A stretch of DNA of 64,000 nucleotides from a bacterium (lineage in GTDB: Bacteria > Patescibacteriota > UBA1384 > CAILIB01): NCBI GenBank assembly GCA_037131105.1, contig JBAXRQ010000001.1, positions 765,465 to 829,464 on the forward strand, written 5' to 3'. The notes under the pieces are model-generated. The model was not told where the DNA came from. It saw nothing but the letters and a program-made list of their open reading frames with translations, and searched no databases. The translations under genes and the position numbers were made by a program. This document shows positions 48,885 through 58,463 of this stretch, piece after piece. The first letter of the stretch is position 1, and the number at the start of each line of letters is the position of its first letter.

Positions 48885-49058
48885 TCAAAAAAGCTCGTCG
48901 TCGTCGACTTCCTAAAAGGAAATCTGACAAGGACGAGACTACTCGTGGTACCACCTTGCTTCGCGATGCCCTGCATCGCCTCATTGGGCCTGATAACGGT
49001 GGCTACCGGAACCGCTCATCGCGGCCAGCTCCAGGGCGGGGGACCCTTTCATTGCTTT
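48885..49058 (-). promoter_or_regulatory. T-box riboswitch (Pro) upstream of csaA-proS
   Basis: AAGGTGGTACCACG T-box; CTCGTC...GACGAG-TTTTTT terminator; short stem I with CCC/CCT; promoter TTGACA(49088-93)-17-TATTGT. Confidence 0.8.
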
Positions 49059-49143
49059 GGGGTTACAATACGGCCTTTGCATACGACTGTCAAGAAATAA
49101 AAAGGAGGCGTGCCAGCAAGCTGACGCGCCTCCCCTAATAAGA

Positions 49144-50145
49144 TTACATATGCCCGAGACCAAACTCCTCCTTGCCGCGATCGATAAGTGACTGGAGATG
49201 GCTGCTCACGGCGGCAAGCCCAACCTGCATTTCGTCAAGATTGGCGATACAGGTCCTAAACTCATCCCTTAGCCCGTGTGCCACCTCCACCGGTAGCCGC
49301 GAACTAAGGTCTATCCGCCCTGAGTAGCTTTCATGTACCAGAATCTTCTCCAACTCATTGTCGTCATAATCAAGCAGAGTAGCCAAGAAGGTTATCATTC
49401 CCTCTGGAACCTCATCCAAAGAAGGTTTTCCCTCTACTTCCAAAAAGACTATGCCGTCCTCAACCGAGATCGCCACCTCCATGCTTCCCATCCACCCCAG
49501 CTGCACCTTTCCAGCAAGCAGCTGCTCGACACGGAAGGGATCCAGTGGCACGATCTGGTACCCTGGTATCGGCATGAGGTAGCGCAGCATAGGGTCAGGC
49601 AAGCGGTTAAGCTGCCTGAAGAGCGCGTCGATTTCCTCACCCATACCTCGGGGCAGCTCGTCACACCGTGATGAGCTCCAGTAGTAGCCAGCCTGCTCAA
49701 TCAGAACGTCGTTTCGGCTTTGAATTTCTTTCAGGACCCCGAGGGGGTCCCTCAGAAGGTGCCAGCTCAGGCATCCCGTCGCCAGCCCACCCTTTTGCTG
49801 AAAGGTGAGCGTGATGACCTGAACCTCCACATCCTCTGCAGGAAGCATCCGACGGTGTTGGAAGCTCAGTCCGTTGCCGAAGACAATGGTATCCTCGCAA
49901 TGCCCATGCATGTCATGGTACTGATATGACTCAAAAAGCAGATCGCCGCCCGATCCAAGCTCTATACAACCCGTCTGCAGATCGGTATTTAGCCTGACAT
50001 TGGCGGTTCCCGCTTCAATGACTCCCCGCGCCTGCATTTCGTTAGGATCGGAAGTAGGCCAGAGGCCTAGCAGCTGATCCAGCAAATACGGCAGATAACG
50101 CAGATGCCCGCTATCGAAACCAGGTACATATTCTTCAAGATACAC
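49144..50145 (-). CDS. Hypothetical protein
   Basis: 333 aa ORF, SD AAAGGGGG before GTG; no motif recognised. Confidence 0.55.
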   Translation of the reverse strand: MYLEEYVPGFDSGHLRYLPYLLDQLLGLWPTSDPNEMQARGVIEAGTANVRLNTDLQTGCIELGSGGDLLFESYQYHDMHGHCEDTIVFGNGLSFQHRRMLPAEDVEVQVITLTFQQKGGLATGCLSWHLLRDPLGVLKEIQSRNDVLIEQAGYYWSSSRCDELPRGMGEEIDALFRQLNRLPDPMLRYLMPIPGYQIVPLDPFRVEQLLAGKVQLGWMGSMEVAISVEDGIVFLEVEGKPSLDEVPEGMITFLATLLDYDDNELEKILVHESYSGRIDLSSRLPVEVAHGLRDEFRTCIANLDEMQVGLAAVSSHLQSLIDRGKEEFGLGHM

Positions 50146-50199
50146 GGCACACCCCCTTTTCTATTTGTTATGACAGCCGCCGGCAGCGGCGTCAATGCC

Positions 50200-51297
50200 T
50201 TAGAACAAACCGACGTCCCTAAGAGTAAGTACGGTGATCAGTCCGATAAGCAGGATAAAGCCGATACTAGTAACCGCATTCTCAATCTGTTCTGAGACCA
50301 CCCGCTTGCGGAAGATAAGCTCGATCACCAGGAAGACCAGCTTGCCGCCGTCCAGGGCTGGGATTGGCATGATATTAAGTAGTGCCAGGTTGAGTGAAAG
50401 GGCGACGGTCAGAAATACTACCGATGGGAAGCCTTCGTGAGTCGCCGCCGAGGTGGCCTTGTAAATGCCGACCGGTCCCGAGACCTGCTTATCCAGCTGG
50501 GCGTGGCCAAAAAGCTGGACGCCGAATTGGCGCAGTGCTTCCCAGGTTGTACTCGTCACGTAGCTCATGACGCTGTAGGCGGCCCGGGGCGCCTGCCAGA
50601 CCGGGAGACGAATCTGGTTGAGATCCTCAACGGCCACACCCATGGCTGGCCCACTGGCAGCAATAGTCACCGGTACGGTAGTAAGCGTGCCATTGTCATC
50701 CACGGTTACATCCAGAGTGCGCTTGTCGGCGGTCTGCCGCTCCTTAGTAAAGCTCTGCAGCTTGGAGACAGAGTCAATGACAGTGACCTGGCCGGTCTGC
50801 TTGTCAGTAAATGACCTAATAATCTCCCCTGCCTTGACCTTGGCAGTCTCAGCCGGCGATCCAGGAAGTACTTCACTCACCAGCACATCACTCTTCTGTA
50901 CCACGGCGCCGGGCAGACTATCAATGTCAGGCCCCAGAGAAGGGAAGCCGATGCTGTAGGCGATGGTCAGCACCAGGAAAGCAAAGAGTACATTCATGCT
51001 GACACCAGCAATGATTACCAGGATACGGGCCCAGATAGGACGATTAGGGAAGGCCCTAGGATCTGGCTCCTCGCCTTTGGCTGACTCACCATGGATTTTC
51101 ACGTAGCCGCCCAGTGGCAAAGCATTGATGGCATACCGGGTGTCACCACGCTTGATACTCCAGATCCGAGGAGGAAATCCCAGGGCAAACTCATCCACCC
51201 GCATACCAGTCCATTTGGCAACCATGAAATGTCCCAGCTCATGCACAAAGACCAGAACGCCCAGGACCAGGAGAAAGACGATGATGGAGAGGATCAT
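50200..51297 (-). CDS. rseP: RIP metalloprotease RseP (M50, PDZ)
   Basis: HELGH, PLGGYV, AGVSMN, SGPVGI, NIMPIPALDGG. Confidence 0.93.
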   Translation of the reverse strand: MILSIIVFLLVLGVLVFVHELGHFMVAKWTGMRVDEFALGFPPRIWSIKRGDTRYAINALPLGGYVKIHGESAKGEEPDPRAFPNRPIWARILVIIAGVSMNVLFAFLVLTIAYSIGFPSLGPDIDSLPGAVVQKSDVLVSEVLPGSPAETAKVKAGEIIRSFTDKQTGQVTVIDSVSKLQSFTKERQTADKRTLDVTVDDNGTLTTVPVTIAASGPAMGVAVEDLNQIRLPVWQAPRAAYSVMSYVTSTTWEALRQFGVQLFGHAQLDKQVSGPVGIYKATSAATHEGFPSVVFLTVALSLNLALLNIMPIPALDGGKLVFLVIELIFRKRVVSEQIENAVTSIGFILLIGLITVLTLRDVGLF

Positions 51298-51313
51298 GGG
51301 AGGGATTAAGGCG

Positions 51314-51511
51314 TTAGCTTAGGGCCTGGCGGACGGCGCCGACCAGCATGGCTAGATAGATCATGAGATTGGGAATAAGGATGAACAGGGCGATCTCCAC
51401 AGCCAGTATGATAGCCACCTTTATTAAGAGATGCCTGAAAAACCCGCCCAGCACGCCGAAGATCAGGAGAACGACAACGACGGCGACTACGGGGTTATTC
51501 AGGAAGTCCAT
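51314..51511 (-). CDS. Small membrane protein
   Basis: Two TM segments; start abuts the frr stop. Confidence 0.6.
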   Translation of the reverse strand: MDFLNNPVVAVVVVLLIFGVLGGFFRHLLIKVAIILAVEIALFILIPNLMIYLAMLVGAVRQALS

Positions 51512-52068
51512 CAGACGGTGCGGATCTCAGCTTCCTTGTCCTTGATGGCCTGCTCGATCTTCTTGTTGTGATCGGCGGTCAGCTTGTCGATCTCATCACG
51601 GCCCCAGTCACGGTTCTCCTCGGTGATCTCACTGTCTTTCTGGGCCTTTTGGATCTCGTCCCAGACTTTACCACGAATCTGACGGATGCTGATGCGGGAC
51701 TCCTCGCCCATCTTATGAGCCATCTTCACCAGCTCCTCGCGGCGCTCAGCCGTAAGGGGCGGGACAATGAGCCTGATGCTGCGGCCGTCATCGCTCGGAT
51801 TGAAGCCGAGGCCCGAATCCTTGATGGCGGTGACAATGTCCTTGACAGCGCTTGCGTCGAAAGGCTGGATGAGGATCTGGGTAGGCTCGGGTACGGTAAG
51901 GTTTGCTAGCGCCTTAAGGGGCGTCTGGGTGCCGTAGTAGACAACCTGGACGGAGTCCAGCATCTGGGCAGAGGCCCGGCCGGTGCGTAGGGTCTTGAGC
52001 TCACTGAGAAGATGTTCAACGGCAGCTTCCATCTTTGGCTTGGCGCTGGCTACCATCTGTTCAACCAT
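51511..52068 (-). CDS. frr: Ribosome recycling factor
   Basis: LRTGRAS, YYG..TPL, PPLTAERR. Confidence 0.96.
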   Translation of the reverse strand: MVEQMVASAKPKMEAAVEHLLSELKTLRTGRASAQMLDSVQVVYYGTQTPLKALANLTVPEPTQILIQPFDASAVKDIVTAIKDSGLGFNPSDDGRSIRLIVPPLTAERREELVKMAHKMGEESRISIRQIRGKVWDEIQKAQKDSEITEENRDWGRDEIDKLTADHNKKIEQAIKDKEAEIRTV

Positions 52069-52356
52069 AGGAGGGAATTACGTGTTGCTTGGAGTCTAGC
52101 AAGCATCTTTTTCATCAGCGAATCATTCTTGGTTCGAGCGAAAGATGTGAGAAGGGAGAAGACGTATTGGTTGATACGTCGACAACCTACGAACTTCTTG
52201 CAGCCGAATCAGGAATGATGCAGCTTGGAAAGAAGATGCTTGTTGGTCTCCCCCAGAGCATAGCACAAATTCGACCCTGAAACAGCCTAATCAAACGCAA
52301 ACCGGGGCGATGCTCGGCCTTAGCCAAACACCGCCCCGAGACCATGCACGCCACAA

Positions 52357-52680
52357 TTATTGTTCGTCGACAAAGAAGATGTTGGCCTTCCTCACGCAGG
52401 CCATCATATCTTCCACCTCGTCGGCAGGCCCATCCATGTAGATTGGCAACCATGCGAGTGATTCCACTCCTTCGGTGAGGACTTCGAGCTCAGCCGGAAT
52501 CTCTTCCAGCTCCGTCGAGATATACTCGCCATCTTTGTAGTTGGAATTCCGTACAAGAATACCCTCTTGCAGTGTCCATAAGAGACTGAAGGTGAAACAG
52601 TATTCGTAAACGATTCCATCATCACTAGTAGCTGGACCAAGCTCAGCGCCGAAGCAGCATCCCACATGGCCATACGGCAC
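52357..52680 (-). CDS. Hypothetical protein (possibly frameshifted 5' part)
   Basis: Acidic 107-aa ORF; an upstream short frame ends in TAG near its start. Confidence 0.3.
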   Translation of the reverse strand: MPYGHVGCCFGAELGPATSDDGIVYEYCFTFSLLWTLQEGILVRNSNYKDGEYISTELEEIPAELEVLTEGVESLAWLPIYMDGPADEVEDMMACVRKANIFFVDEQ

Positions 52681-52929
52681 TATCCACCACGTTTAGCCGA
52701 ACCATCGGTCGGGTCCGTAAAGCTAAATGTTCGCTCGGGGTTAGGCATCCTCAGATACCATTCTGGCAATTCGATTTCAGACACAGGCACCACTCCATTC
52801 CCAACTATCAGATTGACCCCTTCGTTCGGGCCTAACTTGCTTATAGCGGGTATCCCACTTATCTGTCAATGGGATTGGAACGTAAAAAGCGGATCGGGAA
52901 ATCTCCCGTCCGCTTTTCACAATTAATCG

Positions 52930-53109
52930 CTAGCGTCCATTGCGGCCGACTGTCTTTCTGATTTTTTCTGGAGAGCCTCCCGAATCGCTGGCGGCTTCCA
53001 GGCTCTTCAGGAAAATAAACAGAACGAATAAGGTCGTGACGATCGCCAACAGTGCCCTCCAGCGAAGCTGCCAGGGTATTCCCATAGCTGCCAGAACCGT
53101 TTTATACAT
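52930..53109 (-). CDS. Small single-TM protein (59 aa)
   Basis: Manual translation MYKTVLAAMGIPW...LLAIVTTLFVLFIFL; purine-rich SD upstream. Confidence 0.35.
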   Translation of the reverse strand: MYKTVLAAMGIPWQLRWRALLAIVTTLFVLFIFLKSLEAASDSGGSPEKIRKTVGRNGR

Positions 53110-53196
53110 GATGCACCTCTTTCCCTCCTTGCCCCTAACGAAGAGGAGGCCCAGAAAGCAGCACTTCCCGGGTCTCCTCTTCCTCTTTGAACCCGA

Positions 53197-53673
53197 TTAC
53201 TCGCCCTGGGACTGACCCAGCTCGTAGCGGGTGAAGCGGCTGATGACGATCTTCTCACCCATCTTGCTGGTGGTGTCCTGAAGATACTCTCCGATGGTCA
53301 GCTTGCTGTCCTTGACGAAGGCCTGCTCGAGCAGCTCCTCGACGTTCTCAGGCGCCATGCTGGCGATCTGTAGGGCCAGGTCATGGGCGAACTCCTTAAA
53401 CGCCTCACCGCGGGCGACGAAGTCGGTCTCGCAGTTCACCTCGACAATGACGCCGATGCGACCGGAGTGCACGTAAGCCTCGATGACTCCTTCACTGGCG
53501 TCGCGGTCGGCTTTCTTGCCCATGATCTTGGCACCACGCTCTTTCAAGAAGGTCATGGCCTTGGCGCGGTCGCCGGCAGCTTCCTCAAGGGCGTTCTTAA
53601 TGTCGGAAAGACCCATTCCGGTCTGCTCACGCAGCTCGGCAATGTCTTGCATGGTGTAATTAGCCATTGTCAC
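53197..53673 (-). CDS. tsf: Elongation factor Ts (short form)
   Basis: LREQTG.G..D.KNAL, EVNCETDFVA. Confidence 0.95.
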   Translation of the reverse strand: MTMANYTMQDIAELREQTGMGLSDIKNALEEAAGDRAKAMTFLKERGAKIMGKKADRDASEGVIEAYVHSGRIGVIVEVNCETDFVARGEAFKEFAHDLALQIASMAPENVEELLEQAFVKDSKLTIGEYLQDTTSKMGEKIVISRFTRYELGQSQGE

Positions 53674-53676
53674 GTA

Positions 53677-54015
53677 TTACTTATTGCTAGTTCGCTCTTT
53701 GATCTTGTCAGTATCACTCTTCAGCATCCCCTCCCAAGCAGACTCAAGGTCGATATCCAGGTCCTGGGCTATAAAGAGTACCTCAGCCATTATGTCAGCC
53801 AGCTCGTCAGCGATAGTCCTCTTGAGCTGTTCCTCAGTCTTCCCCTCGGCATAGCGCTCACCGTGCAGCTGGGAGATGGCCTTGGTCAGGCTGCCCAATT
53901 GGTAGGGAAGGTCTGAGGCGGCGATACGGTAGTCCCAGGTAACCGTCCCCTGCTTGTCATATTCGGCAAAGATCCGGGTCACATCGCTGGTCAGATCTGC
54001 CAGGGTGCGTCCCAT
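53677..54015 (-). CDS. MazG-like nucleotide pyrophosphohydrolase
   Basis: IADELADI...IA..LDIDLE motif. Confidence 0.7.
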   Translation of the reverse strand: MGRTLADLTSDVTRIFAEYDKQGTVTWDYRIAASDLPYQLGSLTKAISQLHGERYAEGKTEEQLKRTIADELADIMAEVLFIAQDLDIDLESAWEGMLKSDTDKIKERTSNK

Positions 54016-54019
54016 ACCT

Positions 54020-54850
54020 TTATTTCGTTGCCTTCTTGGCTGGCTTCTCCTCGACCTTCTCTTCAGTCTTCTCCTCAGCTACCTCAGCAGCTTTTTCAGC
54101 AGGCTTCTCAGCCTCCTTCTTTGCCTCAGCCTTGGCGTCAGCTTCCTGCTTGAGGGCGATCAGCTTCTGGCCGCTCAGGATGGTAGCCTCTACCATGTCC
54201 AGCAGCATCTTCAGGGACTTGGGGGCGTCGTCGTTAGCGGGAATGACGTGGTGGACCAGGTCAGGATTGGTGTTGGTGTCAACGATAGCAAAACGCTCGA
54301 TATCCTCGTGGATGGCTTCCTTGATGGCGTTGTGCTCGTGGCTTGGGTCAATGATAAAGAGAGCGTCAGGCTTCTTGGTCATGTTACGCAGGCCGCCGAA
54401 CTTGTAGTGCATACGCTTCAGGTCAGCCTCCATACGTACACGCTCTTTCTTGATGGTGGTGGCAGCCTCGGGACTCTCCAAGAAGGCCTCGGTCCGCTTC
54501 ATGCGGGCGATGGACTTCTGTACCTCGGCGAAGTTGGTCATGGTGCCGCCCAGCCAACGAACGTTGACGTAGGAGATACCGGTGGACTCACCAATTTCCT
54601 TTACGCGGTCAGAGACCTGCTTCTTGGTGCCTACCAGTACGATGGTCTTGCCATCGCGCACGCGCTCTTCCAGAATCCCGAGGACTTCCTTCAGCTTCTC
54701 CTGGGTCTTCTCCAGGTCAATGATGTGCAGCTTGTCGCGGGTCGCGAAGATATAGGGCTTCATCTTCGGGTGCCACTTACCAGAGGCGTGGCCGAAATGC
54801 ATGCCCGTCTCCATTAACGTCCGGAGGTCCGGAATCTCAGGAATCGCCAT
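54020..54850 (-). CDS. rpsB: 30S ribosomal protein S2
   Basis: GMHFGH, W.PKMKPYI, RWLGGTMTN, DTNTNP, IPANDD. Confidence 0.97.
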   Translation of the reverse strand: MAIPEIPDLRTLMETGMHFGHASGKWHPKMKPYIFATRDKLHIIDLEKTQEKLKEVLGILEERVRDGKTIVLVGTKKQVSDRVKEIGESTGISYVNVRWLGGTMTNFAEVQKSIARMKRTEAFLESPEAATTIKKERVRMEADLKRMHYKFGGLRNMTKKPDALFIIDPSHEHNAIKEAIHEDIERFAIVDTNTNPDLVHHVIPANDDAPKSLKMLLDMVEATILSGQKLIALKQEADAKAEAKKEAEKPAEKAAEVAEEKTEEKVEEKPAKKATK

Positions 54851-55105
54851 AACTAGCTCCTTGTGCCCAAGAGTGGGCGGTTAGCACGTGGTTCGTCGGT
54901 GGCCGAAGACCGGGCTGCTTAGTGTCAGCGCGGCAGGAGCGGCTCCATCCCCAGGTGCGTGAATATATAAAGAGACCGATTTGAATGGTCCATTTCTTTA
55001 TACCTGATTTATACCTGACTGGCAAGGGTGTTCTGGACGAGTCAGTCTCATTCTGATATACCGGTCCCATCGGCTCTGCCGAAACAGTTAAAAAGGAGAG
55101 TTCCC

Positions 55106-55882
55106 GTGAACACTAGTTCCCACCTGTATACGTTTCCCCTACTTACGCCCTATGAGCCTCGGCTTGTATGCGCCATATCAAACCGCCAGCTCGGCAACAT
55201 GTCGTTCGCCCACGCCGGACAGAGAGTAGGCGAACAGGTAGAGGTAATGAATAATCGCCTCGGCTTCGCCAGGGCCGCCGGCTTTCCGCTTGAGAACACA
55301 ATAGTCCTGCGCTGTGCCTATGGCACCGATTTAATGGAAGTGACAGAGGCAGACCGGGCAAAAGGAGTCTACTGCCTGGAAACGGCACTCTCTGGCGAGA
55401 TACTGACAACCGAGGAAACCAACCTGTTCCTAGTCATAATGGTAGCCGACTGTCTGGCTATTGCCGTTATTGACCCAGTCAAGCAGTGTCTGGCCATCGC
55501 CCATGCCGGCTATCGTGAGGTCGACAACGGCGTACCCAGCCTTGCCGTCAAGGCAATGGTGCAGAGATACAACTCCCACCCCGGCGACCTGCTAGTTGTA
55601 GCCTCCCCCTGCCTGAGTAGGGAGAGCAACCTCATGGCCACCATGGAGTTTGCCACCCATCCTGATTGGCACCGGTTCTCCCGGCAAACAGAAGCTGGCT
55701 GGAACGTCGACTTCCGGGGACTGGCCCAGTCACAGGTCGCCAAGGAAGGAGTACCTCCTAGCCAGATCCAGTTTTCCCGGATCGATACATTCGGGAGCCC
55801 AAACTGCTTTTCCCATCGGGAAAGCCAACTGGGTGGACGCCCCAATGGCCGCATGGCTATGGTGGTAGGATTCCATCCTTAG
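55106..55882 (+). CDS. YfiH/PgeF-family (polyphenol oxidase-like) protein
   Basis: GNMS, VADCL, AHAGYR, FSHR, GRM; SD AAAGGAG before GTG. Confidence 0.8.
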   Translation: MNTSSHLYTFPLLTPYEPRLVCAISNRQLGNMSFAHAGQRVGEQVEVMNNRLGFARAAGFPLENTIVLRCAYGTDLMEVTEADRAKGVYCLETALSGEILTTEETNLFLVIMVADCLAIAVIDPVKQCLAIAHAGYREVDNGVPSLAVKAMVQRYNSHPGDLLVVASPCLSRESNLMATMEFATHPDWHRFSRQTEAGWNVDFRGLAQSQVAKEGVPPSQIQFSRIDTFGSPNCFSHRESQLGGRPNGRMAMVVGFHP

Positions 55883-56068
55883 CAGCCATCATTTACCGTA
55901 CCAGAAGACCCGCTGAGACATTTTCGGCGGGTTCTTTCTTTTATCAGCACTTAAGGTTCATAGTGGACATCTCCCCCATTATCTGTTATAAAGGATCTAC
56001 ATAACCCCATAACCGCATGTGTACCCGTCCTGCATTTGGCAGACGGAGCAGATGCAAGGAGAACCCCC

Positions 56069-56392
56069 ATGAAGACAGGTATCCACCCTGACTATAACCA
56101 GATCACCGTGAGCTGCGCCTGCGGCAACAGCTTCGTAACCGGATCCACCCTGAAAGAGGACATCCGCGTGGAAATCTGCGCCCTGTGCCACCCACTGTAT
56201 ACTGGTAAGTCCAACCTGATCGACGCCGCCGGACGCCTCGACAAGTTCGCCGCCCGCCAGAAGATGGCCGCCGAGCGCCAGGCAGTCGCCGACGTTCGCA
56301 GCAAGGCCAAGGCCGAGAAGGAAGCCACCCAGGCTGCCCTAGAGGCTGAGGTTGAGGCCGACAAGGCCAAGACAAAGACCAAAAAGTCTTAG
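56069..56392 (+). CDS. rpmE: 50S ribosomal protein L31 (Zn-binding type, extended tail)
   Basis: MKTGIHPDY...CACG...[10 protein letters not shown]...GRLDKF. Confidence 0.95.
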   Translation: MKTGIHPDYNQITVSCACGNSFVTGSTLKEDIRVEICALCHPLYTGKSNLIDAAGRLDKFAARQKMAAERQAVADVRSKAKAEKEATQAALEAEVEADKAKTKTKKS

Positions 56393-56401
56393 ACTACCCC
56401 C

Positions 56402-57481
56402 ATGGCAGCCGACTCGCTCGAGGCGGCCTTCGCCTCATTCCGCAAGGAATACGACCAGCTGACCGTACAGCTTCAGGACCCGTCTGTCTTCGATGACAAC
56501 CAGAAGGCGGCGGGCCTCAGCCGGCAGCACCGCAAGCTGGAGAACCTCCTGGCTCTTTTTGACGAGCAGCAGCAGGTAAAGGCCCAGATCGAGGGTAACG
56601 TCGAACTGCTGAACGGTTCCGACCCTGAACTTGCCGAAATGGCCAAGCTGGAAAACGCCGAACTAGAAGAACGGCTACCCGCCATAGAGCAGCAGCTGGA
56701 GGACTTGCTATTGCCCCAGGACCCTGACGAGAGCAAGAACGCCATCATCGAGATCCGATCCGGTACCGGCGGAGACGAGGCCGAACTGTTCGCTGACGAG
56801 CTCTTTCGCATGTACACTCGCTACGCTGAAGGAAGAGGCTGGAGCGTCGAGATCGCCAACCTCAGCCGTTCTGACCTGGGCGGGCTCAAGGAAGTGATCG
56901 CCACCGTTACCGGCGACGAGGTCTTCAAGTACCTGCAGTTCGAGAGCGGCGTCCACCGGGTCCAACGCGTGCCGGAGACCGAGAAGATGGGCCGTATCCA
57001 TACCTCGGCCGCCACTGTCGCCATCCTGCCCGAGGCTGAGGAGACCGACATCCAGATCGCAGACGCGGATATCCGCATCGACGTCTACCGCTCTTCCGGA
57101 CACGGCGGCCAGAGTGTAAACACCACTGACTCAGCCGTGCGCATCACCCACCTAGCCACCGGTCTCATTGTCACCTGTCAGGATGAGAAGTCCCAGCACA
57201 AGAACAAGGCCAAGGCCATGGGAGTGCTTCGCGCCCGCCTTTACGAGATGGAGCGTATGAAGAAGCAGAACGCCCGCTCCGAAGCCAGGAACGCCCAGAT
57301 CGGCACCGGTGACCGTTCCGAGAAGATCCGTACCTATAACTTCCCTCAGGACCGGGTCACCGACCACCGCATCAATCAGTCCTGGTCAAATCTTCCCGGC
57401 ATCATGAATGGCCAGATCGAGCCCATCATCCAGGCTCTTCTCGAAGCACGTAAAGCTGCCCTCAAAGCTAGTCAGATATGA
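56402..57481 (+). CDS. prfA: Peptide chain release factor 1
   Basis: [15 protein letters not shown] (PxT), [15 protein letters not shown]. Confidence 0.97.
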   Translation: MAADSLEAAFASFRKEYDQLTVQLQDPSVFDDNQKAAGLSRQHRKLENLLALFDEQQQVKAQIEGNVELLNGSDPELAEMAKLENAELEERLPAIEQQLEDLLLPQDPDESKNAIIEIRSGTGGDEAELFADELFRMYTRYAEGRGWSVEIANLSRSDLGGLKEVIATVTGDEVFKYLQFESGVHRVQRVPETEKMGRIHTSAATVAILPEAEETDIQIADADIRIDVYRSSGHGGQSVNTTDSAVRITHLATGLIVTCQDEKSQHKNKAKAMGVLRARLYEMERMKKQNARSEARNAQIGTGDRSEKIRTYNFPQDRVTDHRINQSWSNLPGIMNGQIEPIIQALLEARKAALKASQI

Positions 57482-58368
57482 CCGTCAAGGAGGCATTGGA
57501 CGTCTCTCAGCGCAGCGTCTCCGGCCGTGAGGCAGAGATATTTCTTCAAGAGGCCATGGGAGTGGAGCGTAGCTGGCTGTATGCCCACGGTGAAGACGAG
57601 CTGACTACTACTCAGGAGACTACATACTCGGGCTTTTTGGATAAGCGCGAGCAGAACCTGCCAGTGGCCTATATCACCGGGCACAAGGAGTTTTACGGCC
57701 GCCTCTTTAACTGCGACAAGCGGGCCCTGATCCCCCGCCCCGAGACCGAGGGCCTTATCGACCGGGCCGTTGCCTGGCTACCTGAATATTTCGCCAAGCA
57801 CGCCAAAGAGAGCAATAAACCCTGCCCCGTACGCATCCTAGAGCTCGGCACCGGCTGCGGCAATATCGCCGTCACCCTTGCTCTTGAGCTCGCCAAGCGA
57901 GAAGTCCCCTGTCAGATAGTGGCCACCGATCTAGCACCTGAGGCTCTAGAACTGGCCCAGGAGAACTGGGAGAAGCTAAAGGACACTACCGACTGGGCCC
58001 GCATCCACTTCGTGGAAGCCGACCTGTTCGACCATTCCATGGTTCGAAGTCGTACCCCTTATAACCTAATCATCGCCAATCTCCCCTACGTCACCGACGA
58101 GTGGAAGTTCGACCCCATCGCCCAGCCAGAAGTGGTCTTCCAGGAGCCCGACATCGCCCTATTCGGCGGGCTAGACGGCCTGGACATTTATCGGCGCTTC
58201 TTCGGCGAGGTATCTCAGTATTTGGCTAATGACGGACATATCCTCATAGAATACGGCGAGGACCAGACTCCCGCCATCACTCCCCTGGCAAAGCAGGTCT
58301 TCCCAGAAAAAAAGTTACACTTCTATCCCGACTACGCCGGCCTGGACCGGACCATGGAGATTCAGTAA
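57478..58368 (+). CDS. prmC: Release factor glutamine methyltransferase
   Basis: [22 protein letters not shown]; follows prfA. Confidence 0.93.
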   Translation: MTVKEALDVSQRSVSGREAEIFLQEAMGVERSWLYAHGEDELTTTQETTYSGFLDKREQNLPVAYITGHKEFYGRLFNCDKRALIPRPETEGLIDRAVAWLPEYFAKHAKESNKPCPVRILELGTGCGNIAVTLALELAKREVPCQIVATDLAPEALELAQENWEKLKDTTDWARIHFVEADLFDHSMVRSRTPYNLIIANLPYVTDEWKFDPIAQPEVVFQEPDIALFGGLDGLDIYRRFFGEVSQYLANDGHILIEYGEDQTPAITPLAKQVFPEKKLHFYPDYAGLDRTMEIQ

Positions 58369-58463
58369 GAGCCAGGCAAGGATTGACATCCAGGTTAAAA
58401 TAAGGTATAACCGATCAGTCATCAGACGCACCGTGACAATTCGGTATTTTTTGAGGAGACGAG

